This document shows positions 14,049 to 23,365 of a DNA stretch of 46,770 nucleotides, piece after piece. Within the stretch, counting starts at the first letter, position 1, and the number at the start of each line of letters is the position of its first letter. Position numbers and translations under genes: made by a program. A model generated the notes under the pieces. The model searched no databases. It saw only the letters and a program-made list of their open reading frames with translations, and was not told where the DNA came from. Source of the stretch: Bacteroidales bacterium (GTDB lineage: Bacteria > Bacteroidota > Bacteroidia > Bacteroidales > UBA3663); assembly GCA_045642245.1 (NCBI GenBank), contig JAZUIL010000116.1:1-46770 (forward strand), read 5' to 3'.

Positions 14049-15143
14049 TTATTCTGAGCGAATCTCCTTTGATTTAGCACGAGGCTGTAATCCTAGATCC
14101 TCTCGAATAAATGTAAGCTTATGTAACAATTCCTTCATTTCCTCTACATTCAATCGACGAGTATTATGAGAATGATACTCTTCCATCTTTGCGACATCCG
14201 GGTTCCCGCCTTCAACTTTATCATAATTCAGGTCTCGACCGTCACAAGGAATACGGAAATACTCGCCACAATCAATAGCACGTGCCATCTCTTCTCGAGT
14301 AACAAGCGTCTCATAAACCTTCTCTCCATGGCGAGTTCCAATCACCTTAACTTCTGTATCAAGATATTTTGGATCTATCTCCGCATAGGTCTCCTTAAGT
14401 GCTTGAGCAAGCACATCCAAGCTACATGCAGGAGCCTTCTGCACAAAAAGATCTCCATTACGGCCATGCTCAAATGCATACATCACAAGATCTACGGCAT
14501 CGTTGAGGGTCATCATGTAACGTGTCATGTTCGGATCAGTAATGGTGATAGGTTTTCCCTCGGTCATCTGCTCTACCCAAAGAGGAATAACAGATCCTCG
14601 ACTGGCCATAACGTTACCGTAACGAGTACAACAAATAGTTGTCTGCGCATTTTCGCCCAATTGACGTCCCTTTGCCATAGCGACTTTCTCCATCATAGAT
14701 TTAGAGATTCCCATCGCATTGATAGGATATGCGGCCTTATCGGTTGAGAGAACGACTATATTCTTTACTCCATGACGGATCGCTGATTCAAGGACATTAT
14801 TAGTTCCAATAATATTAGTCTCAACAGCTTGCATAGGGAAAAACTCGCAAGAAGGCACCTGTTTGAGAGCTGCTGCTGAAAATATATAGTCTACACCGCC
14901 TCGCATCGCCACATCTATGCTATTACGGTCTCGCACATCTCCGATGTAGAACTTAACCTTATTTGCAATATCAGTAGGATACATATCCTGAATGTGATGA
15001 CGCATATCATCCTGCTTTTTCTCATCACGGGAGAATATGCGTATTTCTCGAATGTCTGAATCCAAGAAACGCTTTAACACCATGTTTCCAAAGGAACCTG
15101 TTCCTCCAGTAATAAGAAGGACTTTGTCTTTAAAAATACTCAT
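14049..15143 (-). CDS. UDP-GlcNAc 4,6-dehydratase/5-epimerase, CapE/FnlA/WbjB type
   Basis: FKDKVLLITGGTGSFGN, IRIFSRDEKKQDDMR, AALKQVPSCEFFP, STDKAAYPINAMGISK, TRYGNVMASRGSVIPL and IGTRHGEK closely match the remembered S. aureus CapE sequence. Confidence 0.9.
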   Translation of the reverse strand: MSIFKDKVLLITGGTGSFGNMVLKRFLDSDIREIRIFSRDEKKQDDMRHHIQDMYPTDIANKVKFYIGDVRDRNSIDVAMRGGVDYIFSAAALKQVPSCEFFPMQAVETNIIGTNNVLESAIRHGVKNIVVLSTDKAAYPINAMGISKSMMEKVAMAKGRQLGENAQTTICCTRYGNVMASRGSVIPLWVEQMTEGKPITITDPNMTRYMMTLNDAVDLVMYAFEHGRNGDLFVQKAPACSLDVLAQALKETYAEIDPKYLDTEVKVIGTRHGEKVYETLVTREEMARAIDCGEYFRIPCDGRDLNYDKVEGGNPDVAKMEEYHSHNTRRLNVEEMKELLHKLTFIREDLGLQPRAKSKEIRSE

Positions 15144-15217
15144 AGAGATATTTATTTCAATAATGACTTAATTCTTATAATAAATTCATAACAAGCGTCA
15201 ATCTGAATAATCCAAAA

Positions 15218-16645
15218 TCAATAGGCCTGCTTATCATGACCAGGGAGAAGTTGCCAGAGAGTCTTAAAGAATATCTCCGTATCGAGAAGGGGCGTCCAAT
15301 GCTCAATATACCAGATATCATATTCTACGCGACGCTTCATATCCTCTACTGTTTTTGTTTCTCCCCTACATCCTGAAACCTGGGCCCAACCAGTGATTCC
15401 AGGTTTAGCCAGATGTCGGACCATATAATCTGCAATAAGAGAACTATACATTTCAGTATGATACTCCATATGCGGACGAGGACCAATGACACTCATGTTT
15501 CCCAAGAAGACATTGATAAACTGAGGCAGTTCATCGATGGATGACCGACGGAGGAAATCGCCAAATGGAGTCTTTCGGGGATCGTCTTGCGTAGCCTGAA
15601 TCCTATCAGCATCGGCATTGACTTTCATCGATCTAAACTTGTAGATATAAAAAGATTCACCATTATAGCCTGTTCGCGCTTGTCGGAAATATAGAGGACC
15701 AACATTTCCCGTTACTTTATTACCTATCCACACAAAAAGCAAAACAAACGGATAGATAGTACACAAGAACAATGCACTAAATACAATGTCAAAAGCTCTT
15801 TTCCCCATTTTAGAGACCAAAGACTGTAAGGGCTCTTCTCTCAATTTGATGTAATTGACATTTCCTTTAGTTCGCACAGTAAGCCTTCGCTTTGGATAAC
15901 CATCAAAGTTTGGCACAAAATAAAACTCGATAAGTTTCTCGTTACAGATACGAATAATTTGGTCAACTTCACTTTTATTAATAGCAGGAGACAAAGAACA
16001 ATAAATCTCATCAGGACAATGACCGTCTTCATCAATCCAACTAAAGAAATCGCTCACACTCCCTAACAAAGTACTTTCTTTAGGTACCAATGCCTTTGGG
16101 AAAGAACTGAAAAAACCAAATACGCGATAGCCTGTAAACACGTAATCATCAACTAACGCATGATACATCTTCAGCTGGGTCTCATCAAGTCCAATCATCA
16201 CTACATTACGTGTATTATGGCCTAGTCCTCGAAGGTATTTTACAAAACGATTAGCAATGAGATGAATTATCATCAAAATAGGCAGACATATAAAAAATGC
16301 TTCTACCAGTAAATGACGTGGAGTTTCCTTATATACCATTGCCACAAGTACAGTATAGACCATGTAGGTGACAAATGTCTGCTTGAATGTGCGCCACGCC
16401 TCCATTCGCAAACGCATATAACGAGTATGCAGCTTTATTGGAATATTGCTAATTGCTACAATAAATGAGACAGCAAGAAGGACATATAACAATGACGGAC
16501 TATAGCCATCATCCATAACGGTGCTGACTTCCACAAACGGGATTGTCCGCATCAAAAAAAGTAACACAAATAAATGTGTTGCTAAATCTCCAAAAAAAAT
16601 AGGAATTTTATAATAAAGAAATTCGCGAGAATCTTGTGTCGTCAT
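15218..16645 (-). CDS. Undecaprenyl-phosphate sugar-phosphate transferase (large WbaP/WcaJ-type initiating PGT)
   Basis: It has N-terminal TM segments and the C-terminal bacterial sugar transferase domain KRAFDIVFSALFL...YKFRSM...DPRKTPFGDFLRRSSIDELPQFINVFLGNMSVIGPRPH. The tracked TTG start (16675) lies inside the -7 box, so ATG 16645 is preferred. Confidence 0.9.
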   Translation of the reverse strand: MTTQDSREFLYYKIPIFFGDLATHLFVLLFLMRTIPFVEVSTVMDDGYSPSLLYVLLAVSFIVAISNIPIKLHTRYMRLRMEAWRTFKQTFVTYMVYTVLVAMVYKETPRHLLVEAFFICLPILMIIHLIANRFVKYLRGLGHNTRNVVMIGLDETQLKMYHALVDDYVFTGYRVFGFFSSFPKALVPKESTLLGSVSDFFSWIDEDGHCPDEIYCSLSPAINKSEVDQIIRICNEKLIEFYFVPNFDGYPKRRLTVRTKGNVNYIKLREEPLQSLVSKMGKRAFDIVFSALFLCTIYPFVLLFVWIGNKVTGNVGPLYFRQARTGYNGESFYIYKFRSMKVNADADRIQATQDDPRKTPFGDFLRRSSIDELPQFINVFLGNMSVIGPRPHMEYHTEMYSSLIADYMVRHLAKPGITGWAQVSGCRGETKTVEDMKRRVEYDIWYIEHWTPLLDTEIFFKTLWQLLPGHDKQAY

Positions 16646-16672
16646 ATTGATCTGACTTGCTAATAATGTGTG

Positions 16673-16680
16673 CAAAGATA
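16673..16680 (-). promoter_or_regulatory. Bacteroidota -7 box (TATCTTTG) for the initiating PGT / capE-like unit
   Basis: The reverse complement of CAAAGATA lies 28 nt upstream of ATG 16645 and downstream of the 16781-16827 terminator. Confidence 0.5.
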
Positions 16681-16780
16681 AGAAATTTCGTTGAATTTTT
16701 CAAATATAGCTTATCCCCTATTCTCAAAAAAACTTAAATAGTCACATTTGACAACTCCGCATTGCAAAACTACACAAAAA

Positions 16781-16827
16781 TAATTACGACATCCTTAAAA
16801 TCAAAAGACCCAAGGATGTCGTAATTA
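16781..16827 (-). terminator. Rho-independent terminator ending the AT-rich polysaccharide operon
   Basis: A perfect 16-bp stem, TAATTACGACATCCTT/AAGGATGTCGTAATTA, with a 15-nt loop, followed by TTTTT on the minus strand. Confidence 0.8.
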
Positions 16828-16916
16828 GAAGTTCCTTTATAAGGTGTTCTACTTATATTGTCATAACACCAAAACAGGAGCGTTTAGGAATGAGGTATCT
16901 TTTTTCGCTCTTGATT

Positions 16917-18044
16917 TTATTGCTTAATTTTATCATAAATACGGTTCATCGCCTCAACCATATTGCCAATTAAGAAATTCTCAGCAACCCTCTTATGTGC
17001 TGCTTCTGAGAACTGCTTGTTCAAATCAGGCTGCATTATTAATTTATCTATTGCCGCTGCATAGTTTCTATCCATTTCAGGACCTTGGGAGACCTCAATA
17101 CCTGTAATTCCATCAAGATTCACCCAATTCACGCCACTACCCTCAATTGTAAATGTTACTGCTGGAGTATAACAATACATAGCTTCTGCCAGTGCCACAC
17201 CGAATGCCTCATTCTTCGTAATGCTCGGGAATGCAAATACCGTAGCCGCATAGAGATAACATCGCAAATCGTCTTCGCTAAGTCGTCCAGTAAAATAGAC
17301 TCTTTTACTCCCTTGTGATTCTTGTTTTAGTTGTTGGGTAAGCGGACCATTTCCTCCTATTACTATTACACAATCAGAGGTCAAATAGGATTCTGCTTTC
17401 AATAAATGTGGCAATCCTTTGTATTTGATATGACGACCCATGAAAAAAACAATCGGCTTATTTCCATAGGTGGCTTTGATCGCGGCAATTCTTTCTGCAT
17501 CTCCTTCCCGTAACTGCAGTTTATCTTCTTCTATACAATTGGGGACGACACTTACTTTGTCTTTGACTGATTGAAGAGGTTTGGATCCGTCTCGATACTG
17601 CGGACTTGTAACTACAATCTGATCCGCTCTTTTAATCAGCCATCTTTCCCAAGGTTTAACAGCCCAATAAAGATACCATTGGTGAATAATATCCATGTGC
17701 CAATGAATAACAAGTTTTGTCTCTTTTGGCATCATCATCTGTAAAAACAAAACCGGATAAGGATTGGCCCAATGGTATTGAATAACGTCAGGTTTTACTT
17801 TCTGAATAGCGAACTTTAGCAGTTTCCCATATGATAAAGACAATGCCTGCCGCGCTATATTTGCAAAAACTCCAGCACGATAGACCGTATGCCCATTAAC
17901 ATCATCAATCGTATCTTGGGTGTTTTCTGAAAAACATACTACACTTGTCTCATGTTGCGGCATTCTTTCTACAAGGTATTTACAGATATTCTCTACACCG
18001 CCAATGAATGGATAATAGTATTTTGAAATATGCAATATCTTCAT
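16917..18044 (-). CDS. GT4 (GT-B) glycosyltransferase
   Basis: It has an MKILHISKYYYPFIGG start and EAFGVALAEAM...GITG near the C-terminus. An upstream in-frame ATG at 18068 is also possible. Confidence 0.85.
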   Translation of the reverse strand: MKILHISKYYYPFIGGVENICKYLVERMPQHETSVVCFSENTQDTIDDVNGHTVYRAGVFANIARQALSLSYGKLLKFAIQKVKPDVIQYHWANPYPVLFLQMMMPKETKLVIHWHMDIIHQWYLYWAVKPWERWLIKRADQIVVTSPQYRDGSKPLQSVKDKVSVVPNCIEEDKLQLREGDAERIAAIKATYGNKPIVFFMGRHIKYKGLPHLLKAESYLTSDCVIVIGGNGPLTQQLKQESQGSKRVYFTGRLSEDDLRCYLYAATVFAFPSITKNEAFGVALAEAMYCYTPAVTFTIEGSGVNWVNLDGITGIEVSQGPEMDRNYAAAIDKLIMQPDLNKQFSEAAHKRVAENFLIGNMVEAMNRIYDKIKQ

Positions 18045-18057
18045 GTAATGTCTGCTA

Positions 18058-18861
18058 TTATTGACCATAATATCTGCAAATTCCTCGACTCTTATTATCT
18101 TTTATATCTTCCAGAACAGGGGTCACAAGACTATGCAGATCATCAATTATATAATACGAGATGCCATTTATAAGATAAGCATGCTCTAATCCGGTCTCAA
18201 CAAATATCTCCTCAATCCCTGTAAAATCTGTAACAACCTCTTTATCCAGATATCTTACCAACATTGAATATGTTCGTGTATCCAGTTTCCCTTCTGCATC
18301 AATATAACCAGCCGTGAAATCTTTCTTGAAACGATACTCAATGCCAGGAACCTTTTCTTCAATATAATGTATGTAAGTAAAGCAATCGGTCAAACTTACA
18401 TCAATAACTATCTGACGAGCGTGATTCCGATCTAAATATCCGAAGATAGAATCATCTCCAAATGAGGACTGATAATCAAGGGAACAAAGATAGTCCTGAT
18501 CCTTTCCACAAACTACACATGAATAAATAGGATGTTTTGTACGCTTAAAATCACCACGTTTCAGACAGGCGTTTCCCAATGAGCCGGTCTTTCCCTTCGT
18601 TTTTTTCCAGTCAAATGTGATTCCTTTACAAAAATCCCAATTATAAGTTGGAACCAATAAAGTCCCTTCTGGACCTATCTTTTCTAGAATAGTATCTATG
18701 AATAGATTAATGTCCGGAAATGTATCATGCACCATTGTCTCCTGAAAAAAAAGCTGTTTCAGATCCGATGACACAAAAACAACATCTCCCTTCTTGATTC
18801 CAAAGTAATCTACTACCTTAATATAATTGATAGTTTGATCATCAATGATGGTTTTCTGCAT
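18058..18861 (-). CDS. AAC(3)-like (Antibiotic_NAT fold) N-acyltransferase
   Basis: 267 aa, with GIKKGDVVFVSSDLKQL...GPEGTLLVPTYNW, which resembles the aminoglycoside 3-N-acetyltransferase family layout. It sits directly downstream of the ACP gene. Confidence 0.6.
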   Translation of the reverse strand: MQKTIIDDQTINYIKVVDYFGIKKGDVVFVSSDLKQLFFQETMVHDTFPDINLFIDTILEKIGPEGTLLVPTYNWDFCKGITFDWKKTKGKTGSLGNACLKRGDFKRTKHPIYSCVVCGKDQDYLCSLDYQSSFGDDSIFGYLDRNHARQIVIDVSLTDCFTYIHYIEEKVPGIEYRFKKDFTAGYIDAEGKLDTRTYSMLVRYLDKEVVTDFTGIEEIFVETGLEHAYLINGISYYIIDDLHSLVTPVLEDIKDNKSRGICRYYGQ

Positions 18862-18869
18862 CGATATTC

Positions 18870-19103
18870 TTATTTGCCAATAGAACGAATAATATCATTG
18901 ACAGACTGCCATTCCATCATCTCTTTACTGAGGAACTTTTTTCCGAAGGCATTTTGTATGGCAACAACTAATTGCACGTGTGCTAACGAATCCCATTCCT
19001 CTATATCTTTTGCTGTGGTAGCATCAGTAAGTACGATACTGTCATTATCGAGGACATCTCTAAAGATCTCCTGCAATTGGCTTAATATTGCGTTATGATC
19101 CAT
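18870..19103 (-). CDS. Acyl carrier protein
   Basis: 77 aa, acidic, four-helix-type length. The EEWDSLAHVQLV motif contains a candidate phosphopantetheine-attachment serine. Confidence 0.8.
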   Translation of the reverse strand: MDHNAILSQLQEIFRDVLDNDSIVLTDATTAKDIEEWDSLAHVQLVVAIQNAFGKKFLSKEMMEWQSVNDIIRSIGK

Positions 19104-19118
19104 TTCTATTTGTTTTAT

Positions 19119-19517
19119 TTAGTCTTTATTTAAAAACTCTATGAACCCAGTTTCTGAATTCAAAAAATATGTAATTTTACGATTACCAAAGGCAACTGCT
19201 TCTACTGGTGCAAATATTGGCAACCAACCTTCTGTCTCTGAGAGTTGACTATAAATGGCCTGAACATCCTCGACCTCATAACAAAGATGGTAGGGAGATA
19301 CTCCTCTTTTTGTCAGTAACTTCCGCATATTTGCGTTTTCTTCAAAAGGTTGAACCAGCTCAATCTTAGGTTCGTCAATTTCTCTTCTTAGAAAACAGAT
19401 AAAACACTTCTGTATCGGGTCCTTAATAACCTCTCCTCTATTATAACCCAATACTTCAAAACTGTTGGCACTATTCAATATATCATTTACGAGATATCCA
19501 ACATGGTCTATCTTCAT
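19119..19517 (-). CDS. VOC/glyoxalase-fold protein (methylmalonyl-CoA epimerase-like)
   Basis: 132 aa. It has an MKIDHVGYLVNDI start, a PYHLCYEVEDV second-half motif and IEFL near the C-terminus. Confidence 0.7.
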   Translation of the reverse strand: MKIDHVGYLVNDILNSANSFEVLGYNRGEVIKDPIQKCFICFLRREIDEPKIELVQPFEENANMRKLLTKRGVSPYHLCYEVEDVQAIYSQLSETEGWLPIFAPVEAVAFGNRKITYFLNSETGFIEFLNKD

Positions 19518-21198
19518 AATTCTCTACATTTAATTCGTATTCAGTTTCATTAATCGCTGTAAAACCGAGATTCGGAAAGTGCTCTTTAACCATGCCATTT
19601 TTCTGTGTTGGAAGATACTCTCCAATAATTTTCTTATACCCATTCGCACGAGCATAACGAACTAACGTGTTAAGCGTAAAGTTCTCCATACCCCTTTTTA
19701 GGACTCGGCAAGACATGAACCATGTATCAATAAAGAGTGTTTCTGAATTTGTCTTCTCCATGATTACAACCGCTATCAGTCCATTGTCTCCATACTTATC
19801 CTCCAGCGTAAAGCTGAAAGTGGCATATCGGCCACTATCCTCAATCGCTGTAATCTGGTCTTCTGTATAACGTATAGTTCTTAGATTGAACTGGTTACTT
19901 CGCTGACTCAATTGGGCAACACGAGGAATATTGAACTTATCAAATCCCTTAACTTCACTTACCATATTAAGAGATTGCAGGAACTCGGATTCATTGGCAA
20001 ACGCCTTTGCCGCTGTTACACGTTTTGCTTCAACCTGGTACTGTTTGGTACGATCTTTATCCGCACTACTATATGAAGCTGTCTCAAACAGATTCTGAGA
20101 ATATAGAAACTCAAGATAATCTCCCGGATCTTCTGGCATTTCGGGAACAGCTATTCCAGAGATGTTTTCGCGAACCATGTTACGCTCAAATGGGTTATCA
20201 TCAATGAAAACCATCGAGTCAAATCCTATATTGAGAATTCGCTGGATAGTACGAATGTTGTCAGCCTTATTTTCCCAATTGGCAATGAACACTGAGATAT
20301 CATCTAACTTCAGAACCATTTCTGGATTCTTTTCGAATGGTTCCTTAGCTTTCATTTCATCATTCTTCGAACATATAGCTATGATTATTCCGCGATTTTT
20401 TAACTTCTTAATCCATTGCTGAAATTCACTGAACGCTTTTCCGATACCTAAACCATGGCCAATCTGAATGTTTTCCCATCCATCATCACCTACAATTCCA
20501 CCCCATACAGTATTGTCCAGATCAAGAATAAGGCACTTCTTAAACTTTCCTTCTATGCTCTGGATAATATCCATTGTACGAGATGCAACATAAGGAAGAG
20601 CGTCCAAAGAGATTAACATCTCTGTAGACACATATATCGATGAGTCAAACATCCAATCCCTGCCGAACTTGTTCTGAAGCCCCGAAATATCACAAATTGA
20701 AAGGTTCTGGTATTCCTGAGCAAGGTTCATCAATTCATAATTCAGTTTCCTGAGCTGATATGAGAACGAAGTCTGCACTTTGTTAGCATACGAGCCAAAT
20801 ACTGTATCCTCTATCTCAGGATAATTGTAATATATTATGTGACCAGGAATCTGTTGACAAATAGTACGAATAAAAGCAAGACGATCATCAGCCATACGTG
20901 CCTGTTCCTCGAAAGACATGTGCGCATATGACTCCATCAATTTATGAGTAGACTGGTAAACGATAGTATACTGAGCCTCATGCTGATATAAAGTACTAGT
21001 AGGATCAAGTATCTGACGTTCTACCTGATTATACTCAGCCTCAAAGAGATCAATATTATACCCTCGTTCAATCGCCATTCCCTTGATGGCTATGGCCAAA
21101 AACTGGGTTGCAGAATCCCCCAAAAGGGAGAGTCGGATAGTGGGTAGTATACCGACGTCCCTTTTGAGATTTTGTTTGAGTTTCTTGAATTCTATCAT
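19483..21198 (-). CDS. FkbH-like HAD-IIIC phosphatase/acyl-ACP loading enzyme with C-terminal GNAT-like region
   Basis: LILDLDNTVWGGIVGDDG (HAD motif I, FkbH-type), ICSKNDE and VFIDDNPFER are present. At 571 aa it matches the usual length of FkbH-domain proteins found next to ACPs. Confidence 0.8.
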   Translation of the reverse strand: MIEFKKLKQNLKRDVGILPTIRLSLLGDSATQFLAIAIKGMAIERGYNIDLFEAEYNQVERQILDPTSTLYQHEAQYTIVYQSTHKLMESYAHMSFEEQARMADDRLAFIRTICQQIPGHIIYYNYPEIEDTVFGSYANKVQTSFSYQLRKLNYELMNLAQEYQNLSICDISGLQNKFGRDWMFDSSIYVSTEMLISLDALPYVASRTMDIIQSIEGKFKKCLILDLDNTVWGGIVGDDGWENIQIGHGLGIGKAFSEFQQWIKKLKNRGIIIAICSKNDEMKAKEPFEKNPEMVLKLDDISVFIANWENKADNIRTIQRILNIGFDSMVFIDDNPFERNMVRENISGIAVPEMPEDPGDYLEFLYSQNLFETASYSSADKDRTKQYQVEAKRVTAAKAFANESEFLQSLNMVSEVKGFDKFNIPRVAQLSQRSNQFNLRTIRYTEDQITAIEDSGRYATFSFTLEDKYGDNGLIAVVIMEKTNSETLFIDTWFMSCRVLKRGMENFTLNTLVRYARANGYKKIIGEYLPTQKNGMVKEHFPNLGFTAINETEYELNVENYEDRPCWISRK

Positions 21199-21201
21199 GA
21201 A

Positions 21202-23352
21202 TTACATTGCTTGGATCTGAGCATCAAGCCAACTAAGTTTATTAAGATAACTGGTCTTTAAACGTGTGACTGCAGCATCAAAATCCATCGTTTCATCACC
21301 GTTGTCTGCCATAGCTCTAATTGGCCACATCTTGATATTTATTGCATCAGATTTCTTCAGCTTCTCTCTTCTTTTCTCAATAATCTCAGGAATATCTTTC
21401 AAGAAAGATGGCTTAAACTTTACCCATCTAGTTTTCACCAAAGAAACGAACTGACTATCCCTAAACAATTGTGGATAGTATAAGCTCTCTTTTCCAAAGA
21501 ATGCATTTGCTCTAGATGGCATAAAGGTTCCGGCATCGAAATCCCAAACTGGGCCAGCCTTCATCTTGCCATTGATGTCTTTATTCATATAGCAGCTCTT
21601 CGGGAACTTACACTCATCATTCATTGTTAATTCATTGACAAACCACCAATCGACGAATGATTCAAGATCCATATAGTTTACGAACTCTCTATTCTTAAAT
21701 TTCGTCGTACTATATAATGCGTCCTCCATCGCATTGACATAATTCTGCACATAATTGAACTGTGCAGTATTCACTTCATCCGGATCCTTAAACATCCATG
21801 GGAAATTTGTTCGAGCTGCCTTGAACTTATATACCTCATCATAATAGGTATCAAGCTCGAAAAGATATCCGCCAGTTATACCTTCGCCACTAGTTACTTC
21901 TGGATCAAGTTCCGCAACATCTACACGGTTTTTGTCAACCTTTACCTGCTCACACAAATAGTAGCTACCGACATGCTTGCCATTAAAAACCAACTCTACG
22001 AATTCTCCACTTGGAGTCCATGCCAATTCAGTTCTTTTCGCAATCTCAAACGCAATATCATTACGCATCAAAGTACGATCTCTATAATTTGCAAGCAAAC
22101 ACCAACGTTTGTGTTTCTTCATTCCTAGAATAGATTCTTTGGTATCCAGTTTAAGGGCATAAGGTTTCTTGTCAAGAAGCCATGTGCTGTTTCCTCGACC
22201 CTTCATACTCAACGTACCTTGATAGTCTATCGTATTGTCTGGCTTGACAATCATCATATTAACACCAGCAAGCCAATCATCTTTAGTATCGATTGCAACA
22301 GAATTCGGGGTATTAATATATACAACAGGTAAACCTGTATTCAACTTAAGATCTGTACGACTTACATTGAATGGAGAAGAAGAAATCTGCATCTTTGAAC
22401 TACCAGAGCCTGCAATAGAGAGCACCAATGCCACTTGATCATTATAAGCAGATTGTCCCTTAGTATCCTGTATTGTAACACGATACTGTCCGACTTTCAT
22501 TGTCTTTCCCTCATAAACCTGCTCCAAAGAAAGAACCTTGTACGCTGTTGGAGAATTCACATTAAATGAACGAGTAGTGCCTACCTTATCAAGAACCACA
22601 TCATCCAAAGAAATCGCAGCGTTAGATGGATTGACGCGGAACTCTATGCTTGCTTTTGCTCCACTGGTAAGAACCAGAGATTTCTGTGAAAGAATAGAAA
22701 TACTCTTAGGCAATGAAAGATGCTGATTAAATGTGTAAGATGTACCATCTGCCAAATTCATAGTAATCACATGCGTACGATCATCTTGAGTCATAGATGA
22801 AAGAACATTATGTGAATCGGAAGTTATTTCAGACTTGACTTCGCGAATAATAACAGTTGGTTCTGATTCTCGATAGAATTGTATAATATAATTCCCCTGA
22901 GCATCTATAGAAGGGCGTGCAGAAAGGCCATCTATGCCATCTATGCCATCTATGCCAATAGCCTTTATTTTGTTCTCTTCTTCATCTAACAATGCTTCAA
23001 AAGACTCTCCATTATCGTATGATATGGTCCAGTATCCACCAGCATCGATCTTTAAGAACGGGGTAATAGCGTCAATGCCATCTTTACCATTAGGTATAAT
23101 AATATCCGAATTATCTGAAAAAGAGATCTTCCAACCTCCATTATTTGCATCAGAAAACGGTTTTACTCCAGTTACAATTTTACCATCAGAATATGCATCT
23201 TGAATAGCTTTAACCGCCGACTGAAGATTATTAACTGAAGAATCGAGATCATCCAAACGACTTCTGATACCATCAAGATCCTGACACGCGCCAAAGCAAC
23301 ATGCCATACAGATGGCCATTATAGACCAATAAGACTTCAATATCGTTTTCAT
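21202..23352 (-). CDS. Surface lipoprotein with C-terminal CotH kinase-family domain
   Basis: Signal/lipobox MKTILKSYWSIMAICMACCFGAC. The N-terminal ~330 aa are homologous to the neighbouring 347-aa lipoprotein. The CotH-like block is LPVVYINT...KGRGNSTWLLDKKPYALKLD...RWCLLANYRDRTLMRNDIAFEIA. The tracked start is a TTG at 23388; ATG 23352 is preferred. Confidence 0.8.
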   Translation of the reverse strand: MKTILKSYWSIMAICMACCFGACQDLDGIRSRLDDLDSSVNNLQSAVKAIQDAYSDGKIVTGVKPFSDANNGGWKISFSDNSDIIIPNGKDGIDAITPFLKIDAGGYWTISYDNGESFEALLDEEENKIKAIGIDGIDGIDGLSARPSIDAQGNYIIQFYRESEPTVIIREVKSEITSDSHNVLSSMTQDDRTHVITMNLADGTSYTFNQHLSLPKSISILSQKSLVLTSGAKASIEFRVNPSNAAISLDDVVLDKVGTTRSFNVNSPTAYKVLSLEQVYEGKTMKVGQYRVTIQDTKGQSAYNDQVALVLSIAGSGSSKMQISSSPFNVSRTDLKLNTGLPVVYINTPNSVAIDTKDDWLAGVNMMIVKPDNTIDYQGTLSMKGRGNSTWLLDKKPYALKLDTKESILGMKKHKRWCLLANYRDRTLMRNDIAFEIAKRTELAWTPSGEFVELVFNGKHVGSYYLCEQVKVDKNRVDVAELDPEVTSGEGITGGYLFELDTYYDEVYKFKAARTNFPWMFKDPDEVNTAQFNYVQNYVNAMEDALYSTTKFKNREFVNYMDLESFVDWWFVNELTMNDECKFPKSCYMNKDINGKMKAGPVWDFDAGTFMPSRANAFFGKESLYYPQLFRDSQFVSLVKTRWVKFKPSFLKDIPEIIEKRREKLKKSDAINIKMWPIRAMADNGDETMDFDAAVTRLKTSYLNKLSWLDAQIQAM
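22928..22957 (-). repeat. 9-nt tandem repeat (CCATCTATG x3 plus a partial unit) encoding GIDGIDGIDG
   Basis: Three perfect consecutive units read directly from the sequence, in frame within the CotH lipoprotein gene. Confidence 0.9.
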
Positions 23353-23365
23353 TTCACTATCAAAA

